The notes beneath the pieces were generated by a model. The model made no database searches and was not told the DNA's origin. It worked only from the letters and a program-made list of their open reading frames with translations. The translations under genes and the position numbers were made by a program. 64,000 bases of DNA, taken from Podarcis muralis. Its lineage: Eukaryota. Below, in pieces: positions 11,192 to 24,571 of the stretch. Each line of letters opens with the position of its first letter. Position 1 is the stretch's first letter. The DNA lies in NCBI RefSeq assembly GCF_964188315.1, contig NC_135655.1, positions 105,276,001 through 105,340,000 on the forward strand, read 5' to 3'.

Positions 11192-14100
11192 GTAAATTGC
11201 TGTGTTTGTAGTAGTAATCTTAAAACAGCAATTTCTTATGCGGCCTTTGTAAACTAATCATTTCTTCCATCCAAGCTAATATGCTTTGCTTTTGCATAAT
11301 GAAAAGAAGCAGACATGCAGATTTATATCCAAGGGCATGTTGTTTTATGATTGTGTGCTCTCTGTGTTTGTATTAAATGCTAATTATAGGGTTAAGTTGC
11401 GAGTTGCTTTGATGCCAAGTCATTTCTAGCAATTTAATCTTTAAGTTATTAACTGGTCACTACTGTGGTTCAGGCCATTCTATTAGTGTAAGCTTGGAAG
11501 AATTATTGCAGACTACACACATCAAAATCATCTAATGATAATTGCTGGTATTGAAGGAGTTACCAAAGGCCCAATTGGGTTGCTTCCCTTTTTCTTTAAT
11601 CAGCAGAATCTTCCTCCTGTGCCCTATCCTGAGATGCTTTTTATAAGTCCCATCAGTTTCAGGTGCAATTTGTCACATGGTGTTAAGGGCTGCTGTTCAA
11701 GAAGCACAATTCTAAAGCCCTCTTAGGCCCCAGAACTAGTTGATTGGTTCTTTGATTTTGGCCACTCTGATTGAAGTCCAAATGAAGTTCAACAAATGAC
11801 CAGAGCAACTCACTTAAAAACAAAAGACCAAGCTGAAACAGCCCATTCCATTTCACTGCTCAATCTTTGGGAGATTTCTCGTAAGTTTGTTGAGGAAGTG
11901 GGAGCGTTCAAGGGTTGTGACACACATCTGCCCTATTGGGAGAGCTCTTTTCAGTGGTCATTTCCCCTCATGAGATGTCCTAGAGAGGGCATTGTTCCAG
12001 TGAGTGCTGGCCTCCATTCTTTCCACCAAGAGTGCCTTACAGTAATGTAACATTGGGGCATTCTGGAGGAGAAATTTGTGGCTGCCAGGTAAGAGGAGCT
12101 CCACTGCTTTAAAAAAACCAATTGTGGATACACAATTAAGAGTTCCACTACAACCTTCCATCTAATCCCCTCCAAATATTTGTGCCTTTTTCCATTAAAC
12201 TAAGGAAGCTTAACAGTGATGTTGTAATTGACAATTTGCCAACAAACCAGTATCAGAAATCATGATTTGGAGCAACCATAATTGGTGTGATCACAAAACC
12301 ATGGTTATTGCTCTGTCCCCAGAAGCCACTGTTTCAAGAGATTAGAGTGCTGAGCAGACATAAAAATGAAAGCAGCGAAGCAGCTTTAAACCAGGGTTTG
12401 CCTCTAATTTTGGAAGGTAATACCATGGTTTGGTTCTAAACAATGATTAGCACAAACTTTGATTTGGTGTGGTGTCCAAATTGAATCATAGATTTATTGA
12501 AATGATCCTGGAAATTAGTTTTTAAAGTAGCTCATGATTTCAAAAGGGCTCTGTTCTGTTCTGAAAGGGTTGAGTTCTGCTTTTGGTCAGACTTGGATTG
12601 CAGGCATTCAAGGTTAGGGTCAGCAGTAAGGAACTCAGCAAAGCAGTATGATCCATGAATGACCAATATAGCCAGCTGATGAAGTCATCGGCTCAGTAAG
12701 GGAAATGTCAAAAAGGATATTGTGGCCAGGATGCAAGCCAGGATAAACCATGAAGCCTTGTTTATCAAGTCGTAGTAGAATCAGTGGCTAGAAAGGAACG
12801 GAGAGCATCACCAGGTCATGTCGCATTTCTGACAACATCTGGAGCTGCAGGGTGCATATATTAAGTTATGTAATAGGACAATTGTTGAAAATGGGGACGA
12901 CCTGGAACAGGGTTTGATGGATTGCACCTTTTAATGGATACATTTAGATCTTTTTCACTTTTTATGCAGAGGCAAACCTGGATTTGTCACCAAGTTTACT
13001 CAGGAGCCCATCATGGCTCTGTGAGAAATGCAACTGTATAATGTACATACTGGCAAACGTGCATTTCTCACATTCACATCTTATTTAAGTGTCCATTTAT
13101 AACATGTCGGCTAAAAATGTAGTGACCTTTTAAACCACAATATGCAACCAGGAATATGTTGGTTGGCAAGTGTGAAGAATAAGCAGACTAGTCAGGGATT
13201 GCAAGGACAGAAGGCAGGATTTGAATTCAAAATGGCCATGTTAGATTAGGTCTGAAAACAAAATAGATTCATAAAGATGTGGAGGTAGATCCAGAACAGC
13301 CTTCCCAAGCCTGGTGCCCTCCACAACATTCGGACGGCAGTCTTATCATCAGTCGCAGCAAGTCTGTGGGAGTTGTATTCCAAATCATCTGGTGGTCACC
13401 AAATTGGGGAGGCAAACCTAGATTAAATCACTTCACCAGAAAGCAAGATAAATTGAAGAGCAGCCAAGAGCTCATAAAAGCACCGTTTAATTAAAAAAAT
13501 AGCCCATGGTTTTAGAAATACAAAATATACATTCTCTTGTGTATACATTGGGTTGTTTCATACAATGATGTCTCTTTCGTGCAAAGACATCTGCATAACT
13601 AACAGGACCACTGCATAACAGGACCATATAATCCAATGCCTTTCCAGATGTTCCTCCTTCAACAACTACTTGCTGCTACTCCAACAACTTTAACTTGCAT
13701 CCTAGTCTGTGCTGCTTCACCATGCTTCCCGCTGTATTTCTTCACAAACCCCATTTCCTTGTTTAAGATGTTCACACAGTCTGTGAGCCAATAACAGCAA
13801 AAAAATAAAAAAAATAAAAATAAACATCACCCAAAGAATAGTCTAGTTTTGCATACATTTTAAAAACATAGACAACAAAAGGAGTGTCTTTTGATTTATT
13901 TATTTTCAGGAGGTAGAATCGGGGAGAACTTGCTCAATGTTAGTGTTTTAGCTTCCTTGGCCTTGGGAGGGTTGTAAAGATGCAAGAATCTTTTTGGCAG
14001 CAGCCGTTCAGTGTGGCCTGGACCCATCCCAGATTAGACCACACTATGCAGACATTGCCAAATGGATTGGCGTTAAGCAGCAACAAGTAGGGTTTTTTTG

Positions 14101-14750
14101 CAGGCTTTAGTGCAGCATGTGGATCATTTATTGTCAACCACATATCTGGGTAAGAAATTTTGCTGAGCAATAAGGATTGACTGAGAACTGCTATAGGCAG
14201 TGCTTCCCCCCCCCCCTTTTTTTCTTTAACCCAGGGTTATTTTTTAGTCACTGAGTGGTCTGGGGAAATGAATCATTGAGGGCCCCACTCAGATTTCTGT
14301 CTTTAGCCCTAACAAGTACAGATAGAGGTATATATTTAATCTGCAGAGAAAACTGGCCACATTTTTTAAAGCAAGCAGTAGGTTATAGAGTGGGGAAAAT
14401 AGATTTCTCTATCATAATCCTGATATCTTTTGGATCCTCTCTCTCAACAATCTATTCTTTATAGCAACGAATATACAGTAATGAGGGGCATTCTGCTCCA
14501 ACACTGTTTTCATAGCTGCCCTGTTAACTGAAAATGTCATTATAAAACACACACGCACAGTATTATCTGGAATACACTGAGTTGAACTCTGACATGTGTT
14601 TGCACTTCATCAGCAAATGATACCATCGTCATATCTAAGCAGCTTTCCGTATGCAGACAATCGGCTGCATGTCTCTGATAATAAGAATACTAAAACACAT
14701 AGTGTTTATTAATATGCATCACCATTCTGATTCTGGTTTTTATGCCTTAG

Positions 14751-14868
14751 GAATCTAAGCTCTGCAGGAGAAGAGGCACGGAAACAAATGAGATCTTGTG
14801 AAGGGCTGGTTGATTCATTGTTATATGTGATCCATACATGTGTGAATACTTCAGATTATGACAGCAAG
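14751..14868 (+). CDS. PKP4: PKP4 coding exon (NLSSAGEEARKQMRSCEGLVDSLLYVIHTCVNTSDYDSK)
   Basis: Acceptor ccttag ending 14750, donor AAG|GTGTGT at 14869. 118 nt, frame-consistent. Confidence 0.97.
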
Positions 14869-15387
14869 GTGTGTAGATCTTTTAACAACATTTTCTCTTT
14901 GTTATCAGGAGAGTTGTCTGGTTTGGGCTGTAATTTGTTTATACCATTGCAGTCACAGAGTTGTTACGCTTTTGTGCCACTGAATGTTGAAGCATGCAAA
15001 TTAAAGCTGCCTTTCTAAACAGAACCTGGAACTGTGAAATGATGAAAACAAGGATGGGTTTTATCTTCCAGATCTTTCTAGTTTCTTCCCCCTCCCTTGT
15101 AGTATTTCTGAAGGTTCAGTGTTTAAGTTGTTGCTCTCTTACTCAATCTTGGGTGGGCACAATTCTCGTTGACTTGGAGAGGTTCACTGTGACAAAGTTT
15201 GATAACCTTTACACTGGACCAACATATAGCGGGATTACTAAAAGGACTCATCATGGTTAAAATTTAGCTGATTCCTATTTCCCCCAATATCCCTTCAAAA
15301 GTTTAATTCATCCTTTAAATGTATATTCCCAAATCACTTCTGCGCTATGTATTTCACTACACAATCTCTCCTGTGTTTGGCTTACAG

Positions 15388-15579
15388 ACAGTGGAAAACT
15401 GTGTGTGCACACTAAGAAACCTTTCCTACCGTCTCGAGCTTGAAGTGCCTCAGGCCCGCCTTCTGGGTATAAATGAGTTGGATGACTTTTTGGGGAAGGA
15501 ATCGCCTAGCAAAGATTCAGAGCCAAGCTGCTGGGGGAAAAAGAAGAAGAAGAAGAAGAAAACTTCACAGGAGGACCAG
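15388..15579 (+). CDS. PKP4: PKP4 coding exon ([22 protein letters not shown]...[18 protein letters not shown]; polybasic ARM insert loop)
   Basis: Acceptor ttacag ending 15387, donor CAG|GTTGGT at 15580. 192 nt. Confidence 0.97.
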
Positions 15580-15708
15580 GTTGGTTCCTCCTCATTCCCC
15601 ATGGCTTATCTCTTATGGGAACCAATTAGCAGGATGTTTTAAACAATCCTGTTTGGATTTGGACTAAAAGACTGAGCTCACATATAATAAGTGCGTTATC
15701 TTTCACAG

Positions 15709-15882
15709 TGGGATGGAGTTGGCCCAATACCAGGATTGTCAAAGTCTCCTAAAGGTGTGGAAATGCTGTGGCATCCTTCTGTAGTGAAACCGTATCTAAC
15801 TCTTCTAGCTGAAAGCTCCAACCCGGCTACTTTGGAAGGTTCTGCAGGATCTCTCCAGAATCTTTCTGCGGGCAACTGGAAG
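15709..15882 (+). CDS. PKP4: PKP4 coding exon ([58 protein letters not shown])
   Basis: Acceptor ttcacag ending 15708, donor AAG|GTATTG at 15883. 174 nt. Confidence 0.97.
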
Positions 15883-16162
15883 GTATTGTATGAAACTTGA
15901 AGCTGTTGCTCCTTCACCCTTGCAGGGTTTTTTTGCAAAAACACTGATGCTCTAGCGGAGAGCCAGTGGCAACATCCCGTATCCAACATTTTGCAGGCTG
16001 TTTTATCCAGGAAATTTACTTCAGGTCACAGGATCTCATATGAACTATATGTAAAGTTGACCAATTTAAAAAAAAAAAAAAAGTAAGATGGTATTCAACC
16101 ATAGTTTAGACCCATTGAAATTAATGGACAAAGGTTGGCTATGTTCATTCATTTCAGCAGTG

Positions 16163-16515
16163 GTAAAGGTAAAGGGACCCCTGACCATTAGGTCCAGTCA
16201 TGACTGACTCTGGGGTTGCGGTGCTCATCTCGCTTTACTGGCCGAGGGAGACAGCGTACAGCTTCTGGGTCATGTGGCCAGCATGACTAAACCGCTTCTG
16301 GCGAACCAGAGCAGCGCACGTAAACACCGTTTACCTTCCCGCTGGAGCGATACCTATTTATCTACTTGCACTTTGACGTGCTTTCGAACTGCTAGGTTGG
16401 CAGGAGCAGGGACCGAGCAACGGGAGCTCACCCCGTCGCAGGGATTCAAACCGCCAACCTTCTGATCGGCAAGTCCTAGGCTCTGTGGTTTAACCCACAG
16501 CGCCACCGGAGTCCC
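16163..16515 (-). mobile_element. Sauria SINE, full length
   Basis: Reverse complement of the 10320 copy plus its tail. TSD ttcagcagtg at 16153-16162 and 16516-16525. Confidence 0.95.
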
Positions 16516-18378
16516 TTCAGCAGTGTTACTTTGAGTCAAACTTAGTGGAATGCTGCCCATAATTCATGCATATGGACAAGTGAATATTACTCTGCCCATC
16601 AAACAGAAGATAAAGTGCATTTGGTCCTGACTCATTACATGCGCAGACATCTCAACAATACCTTAGAATTATGTGGCACAATAATTCTTTTATGTATGGA
16701 GTCTAGGAACAGTGTGCCCAGGCCATCCTTGCTGATAGTGGCGTGTGCAAGGGAGGTGGAACATAACTCTTCATAGTATTCTACCTGATGCAGCTGTACA
16801 AATATATTTTCCCATTCTATTTGAAGACAATGACTGCATTCGGACACAATGTTAAGTCATGTTTCAGTGTTATACAAGAATGAGCCGTCTCAAGCCAGCG
16901 AGCTCCATTGTTCTTTGTCCACCTATGGCACAGAAGCCAGTTTCACAGACTATAAGGTTTGAAACTGGTCTGCTACAACAAACTACACTTAAAGCTACTC
17001 ATTTGTCCAGGATTAGCTATCATGACAAGCTAATCTGAAATGTTAGGATGATGCTGACATTACTTTGTGTTGTTTGCTGTAATGTTAGCCTCTCTGTGCT
17101 AACAGAGCAAGACATAAAGAAGAGTAAAATAAGAAATAAAATGAAAGGAAAAGCTTCCATACTGCACAAGCGTGAGAGGGCAGACAATCACACTGTATTT
17201 TTTTATTGAAGAAGAATATTTTTTTTCTACCTTGAATGTGGAATAAAAATTTCCAGGGAAAATGTAGGGGAAAGTTAAGAATGTTAAGGGTGGGAATCAA
17301 TTAAATAGTCTTGCTAACTGAGGGACTTCTGCTAGTGCAGTGGGGCTCTCCCCCCCCCCCCCCATCTCCCCAGTTGGCAGGGCGTCATGAAAACCCTCAT
17401 AACAGCATGTGGGAAGAGGAGATGGAGGGTTTTTCCATCTGGCAAACAGAAAAGCTTGCACTAACAGAATGATTGTCATAGCCCTACATTGAATTCCTCC
17501 CTTGCTATTGTATGAAGTAATGGCATTTTTAATATTTAACTTGAGCTCTGCTCCCCCAGTTCGTACATCTATTCACCTTACAGCCACAGTAGCACAAAGT
17601 GGAATGCTTTTGGGGAAGAACATTACCAACATGCTACTGTTAAAAGCACTGAGGGTTTCTTACCAGTGCATAACTGGGGTGGGGTAAGGAGCAAAATTCT
17701 TAGCCTCACTTTTTTAAAAAAGATATTGTTCAGTACAAAATCTCCAAATATTCTAAATCCAGCATTTTCTGCTGGATTTAGCTGTGCAAAGAAAGGTCAC
17801 AGCTTAATTAAATTAGCTGAAGCACAGATAGGTTTATCAGCAAATAGGAGATTAATTGCTGTTCACAAATAGGTTTTATCGCTATACACTCCTGCTTACT
17901 ATATGCACAGCTGGTATACTGTAAAAGCACCACCCTGCATACCTTAAATCGCTTTTCTTTATTCACCAAAGGGATAATAATAAAAAAAAACCCCTCAAAT
18001 TTCTTAAAGTGACATACTGCCTTAGAAGTTCCAGCAGGTGATTTCCTTTTAAAGGAACCAAACATTTTGTCGTTCCCCACCATAAAATGTTACTGCGTAT
18101 TTAATAGCTATTAAAGCAGTTATAATACCATTTAACATATTTAGTCGAATTCATCTCTTTCTGTGGCCCATAATGAAAACTCTTCAAATGTGAGGTTGAT
18201 GCCAAACCCACACTTAAGTTAATGCAAGTAGGGTACATAGCTCCATTTTGTGGTTTGGACAGCACCCTCTAATTTGTATTAAAATTCGTACATGGTGAAA
18301 GAAAAGGTTGGCTATATTGGTTTTTTAAAATAAAAAAAATGTACATGTTTTAAAGCAATTTTGCATTTCTGTCGGTAG

Positions 18379-18529
18379 TTTGCGGCCTATATTCGAGCTG
18401 CTGTCAGAAAAGAGAAAGGGCTTCCGATTCTCGTGGAACTGCTGAGAATGGACAATGACAGAGTTGTTTCTTCTGTGGCAACAGCTTTGAGAAATATGGC
18501 ATTAGATGTCCGCAACAAGGAGCTTATTG
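18379..18529 (+). CDS. PKP4: PKP4 coding exon ([51 protein letters not shown])
   Basis: Hand translation. Acceptor ggtag ending 18378, donor TTG|GTAAGT at 18530. Confidence 0.97.
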
Positions 18530-20777
18530 GTAAGTAATGAGGGACACCTAACTATGCAGGATGTCCATATGAGAAACACTGTATATTTTTTAAAAAATAG
18601 TTTTGGAGTTTCCTGTAGCCATATCCAGCCCTGCAGCTCAGCCATCACAGGGGATCTCAGTGAGCGAAAGACCTCTAGTCAGGAGTGTGTGGAGGGCAGG
18701 GGGTGGAAGTAGAAGTCCCATTGCACCAGCGTAACACCACTGGTACTGCCCTGGAAACAACCCTCTGTCTCAATAGCAAGCAGTCGCTGGAAAATGGAAC
18801 TGTTTCGGACAGGAAGTTATATCTGCAAAGCTTGATTGAAAATGAAATTCTTCATCTGTGGTGTAAAGTCATAACCTTCTCAAGATTCATTATGCTGGTG
18901 ATGAGTTCTGACAGCCTCCAAACATATTCTTCCCTTGGAGATCAAGAGTGTTTTCAATTTTATTTTTAGAACCTTTTCCCCCCTCCTGCCATAATGTATG
19001 TTTCTGTCAAAATGTTGATATGGATAGGTAGGTGTTTATATAGATGACATGGCCAATTTCCTGCAGATGATTAATTCGGCAGCCCTCTTTCCTCCATCTG
19101 GGTTTTCTGTTGTAAAAGTCAGAGTAATATTGATGGGTGTAGCCTAGACCATTGGTTCTAAAACTCTGTGCACAGGCACCGGGAAAAGAGCTGTAATAGT
19201 CACTCAGAATAACTCCCTGTTTGAGCACCTTGTGGCAAACCGTTTCCAGATCTGCTATCAGAAAGCAGTTCCCAAGCATTAAAAGTATAAGGCTTGAGCC
19301 TTTCTGAAGTTCACTTTCATGGGCCAACACAGCAGTATAATATGCCAAGGAAACAAAAAGTTGTAAGAGGCATTCAAAGCAATGATTATTTGGGCTTTAT
19401 GTATAAACCCAGACCCACTTGCACAGACTTCAGGACCCACACTGTCCTAGCGTATGCTATCAGGGCCAAGCTACACGTGATCTGAATTGGATTGGATCAG
19501 TATTATCCCTGTTGTGAAGGCACCCCTGCTCCAATCAAAATTCTCTGTGAGCGCTTTTTAAAGCATTTTAAAAATTCCATCAGGAGACCATCTATATCAT
19601 GTGTGATTCAGTCCTCTGTTCAACCAGGACTACACTGCAGTAAAAGAAAGAAAAAAGGGCTTGATTAACATCTAGGTGAATTTTGCAAACTCACAAACCA
19701 GCTACAGAATTCTCTGCAATCTCCAGGGGTTCCTCAGCAGACAAATGAAAGGGGAAATGGTTCCCCGAAGATGCCTTTGTGTTTCCTGTGTTTTATCATC
19801 TGGCCTCAGCTACATATCTGTTTCTAAGAGTCTAGAGAGGTGTTGAAGTTATTGAGATTATTTTAATCTAACAAAATCAGTGCATTCAGAGATCTATATC
19901 TCAGAAGCCGATGGTCCAAAACCAAAGTTATTACACAATGTTTTGCAAAGGGGAGTTGCAATCCATGTCACAAACTGTGACATTCAGAAATATTCAGAAA
20001 TGAATATTCCTGGCTGCAGAAGTGAATGGGCCATTTCCTTGCTTATGCACCGTTGCACTTGTATTTATACAAAATGTTTTTAAATTGTACATTGCTACAA
20101 GTTTGCAATGGAGTAGCATTTCTTCTTTGGTTATGAATCAGAATTTGTCTGCAGGTGCTCAGCTAGAGCAGAGAATTAATGCCTTCCTCATATTACTTAC
20201 CTGCTAGCTATCATTTATATACAAATACACTTCCAGTTTTTGTGTTACGGGGCCACTGAATTATCACCGTAGCCCAAACCAGGGCATTTAGTGTACCTTA
20301 GCTTTAGGATACTTTTTCTTTGTTTTACTGTGCAGTTTGTTAAATTTCACTGGACACCAATCCCACCATCTTGGGAACTGATTTTTCTCTCCTATAACAA
20401 TTATACTTCATATGCATATTTCCTGCTTCCGTACATACTAGATACTGGCCACATTCTCATACAATGCTAAACCATGATTTAGCTCTACCTAAACGACTCT
20501 GCTTAGTTCAACAAGACAACTTCATGACCCTCCAGTTTGAAGCCGGCTGCTAATTAAAGCTACCAGAGTCAGGCTTTTAACACAGCAAGGTAGAATTCTC
20601 TGAAAGTAAAACATCAACTCTGCTGGTTCTTCTTCCACCCCCATGGGAGGAAAAGGAGAGAAGCATTTAAGCCCAGCTCTTCACTTGTGCTCATTCATGT
20701 AGCCCTAAATTATGGCTTAGCATCTTACTCAAATGCAGCCTCTAACTTCTCACATTCCATTGGTTCAAAGTTCTGCT

Positions 20778-20897
20778 AGAAAGAAAGAAAGAAAGAAAGA
20801 AAGAAAGGGGGGATCTGTGTGCCTTGGTGAAATATTTATTGTGTTTTTATAAACCACAGATTGCTAGAAACCAGAGCAATTAATTTGATTGTGTTGT

Positions 20898-20933
<36 letters not shown>
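20778..20933. repeat. (GAAA)n and (TC)n microsatellites
   Basis: Direct reading at ~20778-20806 and ~20900-20933. Confidence 0.9.
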
Positions 20934-20939
<6 letters not shown>

Positions 20940-21307
20940 TATAAAATGGCTCAGCTAAAACAAGCTTATCTGAAATAAATACATAGATTTGTGTATGTCT
21001 GTGTACTTTGGCATGTTGCCACAATCATTTTAATCACTTTTTGTTCTAATCCAGCAAAAGAAGGCAATATATTTTTAATTTGAAAAATGACACTGCAGTA
21101 CCTTGCTGCCACTCTGCATAGCAAAGGGATTTCTTTTTTTTATGAAGTTGTATTAAATAATAATAATAATCCTCCCCACACACCCCAGAGTGCTTCTGGA
21201 TTTGTAAGTCTCCTTGTAGTGTTTCTATGCAGTGTGTTTTTCTATGTGATGCTAAAAATACCTTAGAACAGTGCAAAGTTCCTGTATGGGCTTCTTTTCC
21301 TCCCCAG

Positions 21308-21503
21308 GTAAATACGCTATGCGAGACCTGGTAAATCGCCTTCCCGGAGGCAATGGGCCAAACATTCTCTCTGATGAAACTGTGGCAGCAATCTGCTGTG
21401 CTTTGCATGAGGTCACCAGCAAAAACATGGAGAATGCCAAAGCCCTGGCTGACACAGGAGGAATAGAAAAACTGGTGAACATAACAAAAGGAAGAGGTGA
21501 CAG
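21308..21503 (+). CDS. PKP4: PKP4 coding exon ([65 protein letters not shown])
   Basis: Acceptor ttttcctccccag ending 21307. Donor CAG|GCAAGT at 21504 (GC type). Confidence 0.96.
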
Positions 21504-21833
21504 GCAAGTGGAACATTAGAAAGTCTCAAGTGAAAAATCTCTTGATAAGAAGAACTTAAGAAAATTTGTGGTCTACACAAAGTATTTATTTATGCATTCT
21601 TGTCTTACTTAATAAGCTGACCAGCCTCATACATTTGCAATCTGTTCAGCACGGGAGGAGAGACCTTGGCATTTATTCTGTGTGATTTTTCTAAAATCCA
21701 CACTGTGCCTGCCAGTTTCCTTATTATGTATAATTTGTGTGTGTGTGCGAATTTCTGCAAACCATCCCTAGACTAAAATCTTTGTGAATTTAGAGGAAAT
21801 GTCATAAAACTAAGGTGTCCTTATAGATTAGAT

Positions 21834-21969
21834 CAGGCATAGACAAACTCCGGCCCTCTAGATGTTTGGTACTACAATTCCCATCATCCCTGACCACTGG
21901 TCCTGTTAACTAGGGATGATGGGAATTGTAGTCCCAAACATCTGGAGGGCTGGAGTTTGCCTATGCCTG
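21834..21969. mobile_element. Palindromic hAT-type MITE (same family as 8975)
   Basis: TIR caggcatagacaaactc / gagtttgcctatgcctg, perfect 8-bp TSD gattagat. Confidence 0.92.
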
Positions 21970-23100
21970 GATTAGATCTACCTACACAGATGCTGCTGGA
22001 CTAGATAGACCTTTGGCCTGATCTATCAATTTTTTAAAAATGTTCTTAACAATTACAAGAATAAGGAAAACAGCAGATAAATTAATGGTGCCATGTCCAA
22101 GCTCCAAAGCATTTAGGTAAAACCAAACAAAATGAAATGAATAGGTCTTTACAAAGAGAAAATATTACTTCAAGGGAAGAAATTTCAGAGTTTAAGGGGG
22201 TCACTACCCGCCCCAAAAGCCCTGTGCCTCATATATAACAATCTAATCTCAAGTTTATCAGGATTGACTCCGCTTTTCAACATCTTAATGTTCAGCGGGT
22301 TCATAGAGAAGGAAGTGCTTCCCTTAAGATTCTTAGAATGTAGTGAGTGCCTTGAATTTGGGCACATTTACAAACTGGTAAAACTATAGAGGTTTTAAAG
22401 CAGGTATAAAACATAATCAGAAGTGTACTTCTGCTAACAAATGTTCACTCACACTTTGTACCATTTTACATTTCCGAGCCAGCTTTCAAGGGCAGCTCCA
22501 CAGTAATGAGCATTTCAGTAATCTAATATAGAAAAATACCCAAAGTATGGATGTCTTTTAGCAGCAGGCCCATTTCACATGGCTATCTGTGTTGTTAAAA
22601 AGCATTCCAAAAGCTATCTGTGTTGATAAAAAGCACATCCAGGAATGGTGCTGAGTTCACGGGTACTCCCAGACTGTGAACCTAATCCTTATGGGGGAAT
22701 GTAAAGCCAGCCCCCTCCAAACGCATATTTTCATCCATCTGGGCAACTAAATGAGCCACCATCATCACATATCTCTTTGCCTGCAACAAATTTGCTAATT
22801 CGTCCTAATCCAGTCCATCACTGATTTTGAGCACTCATTCAGAGAGATCACCATCACACCTGGATCCAAGAAAAAGAACAAACAAAACTGGGTGTCATCA
22901 ATATATCAGTGACACCAGGCTCCAAATACCCAGATTACTTCACCCAGTAGTTTAATGTAAATGTTAAATAGCATGGTAAATAATACTCAAAGCTGTGGAA
23001 CCCTACAAAATAATTCTCATGAGAAGAAGCAATTCTATTTGTGTAGTATGTGCATGTCTAGTAATATTGTACACTAAACGTAAACTTTTTTTCTTCTCAG

Positions 23101-23185
23101 GTCATCACTGAAGGTTGTCAAGGCAGCAGCTCAGGTGCTGAACACATTATGGCAATATCGTGATCTCCGCAGCATTTACAAGAAG
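23101..23185 (+). CDS. PKP4: PKP4 coding exon ([28 protein letters not shown])
   Basis: Acceptor ttcttctcag ending 23100, donor AAG|GTAACA at 23186. Confidence 0.97.
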
Positions 23186-23315
23186 GTAACACATAAAAGC
23201 TGTTCATACAAAAATTAGTATTCGTCGAGATGCAATTCCACAATGAAATCTAAACTAGTTCTTCTAATGAAATGTTATTCATTTTTCATATGACCTCCTT
23301 TTTCTTGTTCCACAG

Positions 23316-23433
23316 GATGGTTGGAATCAAAATCATTTTATTACCCCAGTGTCAACACTTGAGCGTGACAGATTCAAGTCACATCCCTCCTTGTCTACAA
23401 CAAATCAACAAATGTCGCCTATCATTCAGTCCG
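23316..23433 (+). CDS. PKP4: PKP4 coding exon (DGWNQNHFITPVSTLERDRFKSHPSLSTTNQQMSPIIQS)
   Basis: Acceptor ttccacag ending 23315, donor CCG|GTCAGT at 23434. Confidence 0.96.
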
Positions 23434-23900
23434 GTCAGTTAATAAACCTTTCCCTTCGTATGTGGCCAGATTAGATGTTAATTTCCCCAATCAGCTCTTC
23501 TTCACTCCTTTTAAAAACCTTGGGAGGCTCATTCTCAGTTTTTTACTTCAAGCATATTCTTCTCATATATAGTTGAAGCCATCAGACTGGTTTTTGGTAT
23601 GACAGAATTCAACAAACAGTCTATACATTTTTAACCAGATATTCCACCCTCCACAGCACTTAGGCACCCTGCCTCTGTGATGTACAAAGAGACGATATTT
23701 ACAACCAGGCCTAAACAGTATTAATTTAAGAAGATAGGGTCTTCCATGGAAAGCTGCGGCTACTGTAGTTCATGGTGAGGAAAAAGGTTCCCTGCGTGCT
23801 AGCTGAGCAAACCCCCTTGCCCCCTCTGGCTCTCTTGGGGGAAGATCCTCTTCTGGCTCTGGGGTAGGTCTCCTCCCGAACCAGGAGGACTCTCCAGGGT

Positions 23901-23994
23901 GTTGTGGTTTAGTCTTGTCCAACTCTTCATGACCCCATGGACCAGAGCACGCCAGGCACTTCTGTCTTCCACTGCCTCCCACAGTTTGGTACAA
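23901..23994 (-). mobile_element. BovB (RTE clade) LINE 3'-end fragment
   Basis: gttgtggtttagtcttgtccaactcttcatgaccccatggaccagagcacgccaggc resembles the recalled BovB 3' end. 12-bp TSD actctccagggt at 23889-23900 and 23995-24006. Confidence 0.8.
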
Positions 23995-24439
23995 ACTCTC
24001 CAGGGTACTCCCAATTTACTCCCAATTTACACGATTTCGTGTATGTGCATTTGGGCCCGGAACCTCAGTGTAAATGGTTATGCTACGTGCATATCACGTA
24101 GGGTGGGGGGTAGGAAGAGAATAATAGGCTCATATAGCTACTGTATTCTAAAAACATAGATTTGTACACATTGCCTGACTCTCCACAATCTTGGCCAAAC
24201 ACTCTAATGAACATTGACTCCCAACTTTAAGGTGTTGCAGCTCTTTCTTCTAGAGATTCTATATGAATATTTTAAGGAATTACATTTATTGCCGCTTTTT
24301 CTACATGTCTGAAAGCCTATTATTATAAAGCATTTCCGAAGAACCCTCTACTTTTTCCTGACCCTTTTGCCTGGCACTGATTTTCTCTCTCCCCGTCTCT
24401 TTCCCTCTCCTTTCTTCTCTTTCACCTTCTTTTCCCCAG

Positions 24440-24571
24440 TTGGAAGCACATCTTCATCACCAGCGCTATTAGGAATTAGAGACCCTCGTTCCGAATATGA
24501 TAGGACCCAAACTTCTATGCAGTATTACAATAGCCAAGGTGATGGGATTGCACATAAAGATATGTATACTG
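24440..24571 (+). CDS. PKP4: PKP4 coding exon (VGSTSSSPALLGIRDPRSEYDRTQTSMQYYNSQGDGIAHKDMYT); symmetric phase 1-1, 132 nt
   Basis: Long polypyrimidine tract, acceptor ccccag ending 24439, donor CTG|GTAAGG at 24572. Confidence 0.95.

Noticed and set aside
15580-15708. 129-nt (multiple of 3) intron as an in-frame retained insert in the ARM loop
   Set aside because: It contains an in-frame TAA after 20 codons.
20124-20134. tctttggttat, the 5' end of miR-9
   Set aside because: Only 11 nt match and there is no precursor hairpin.
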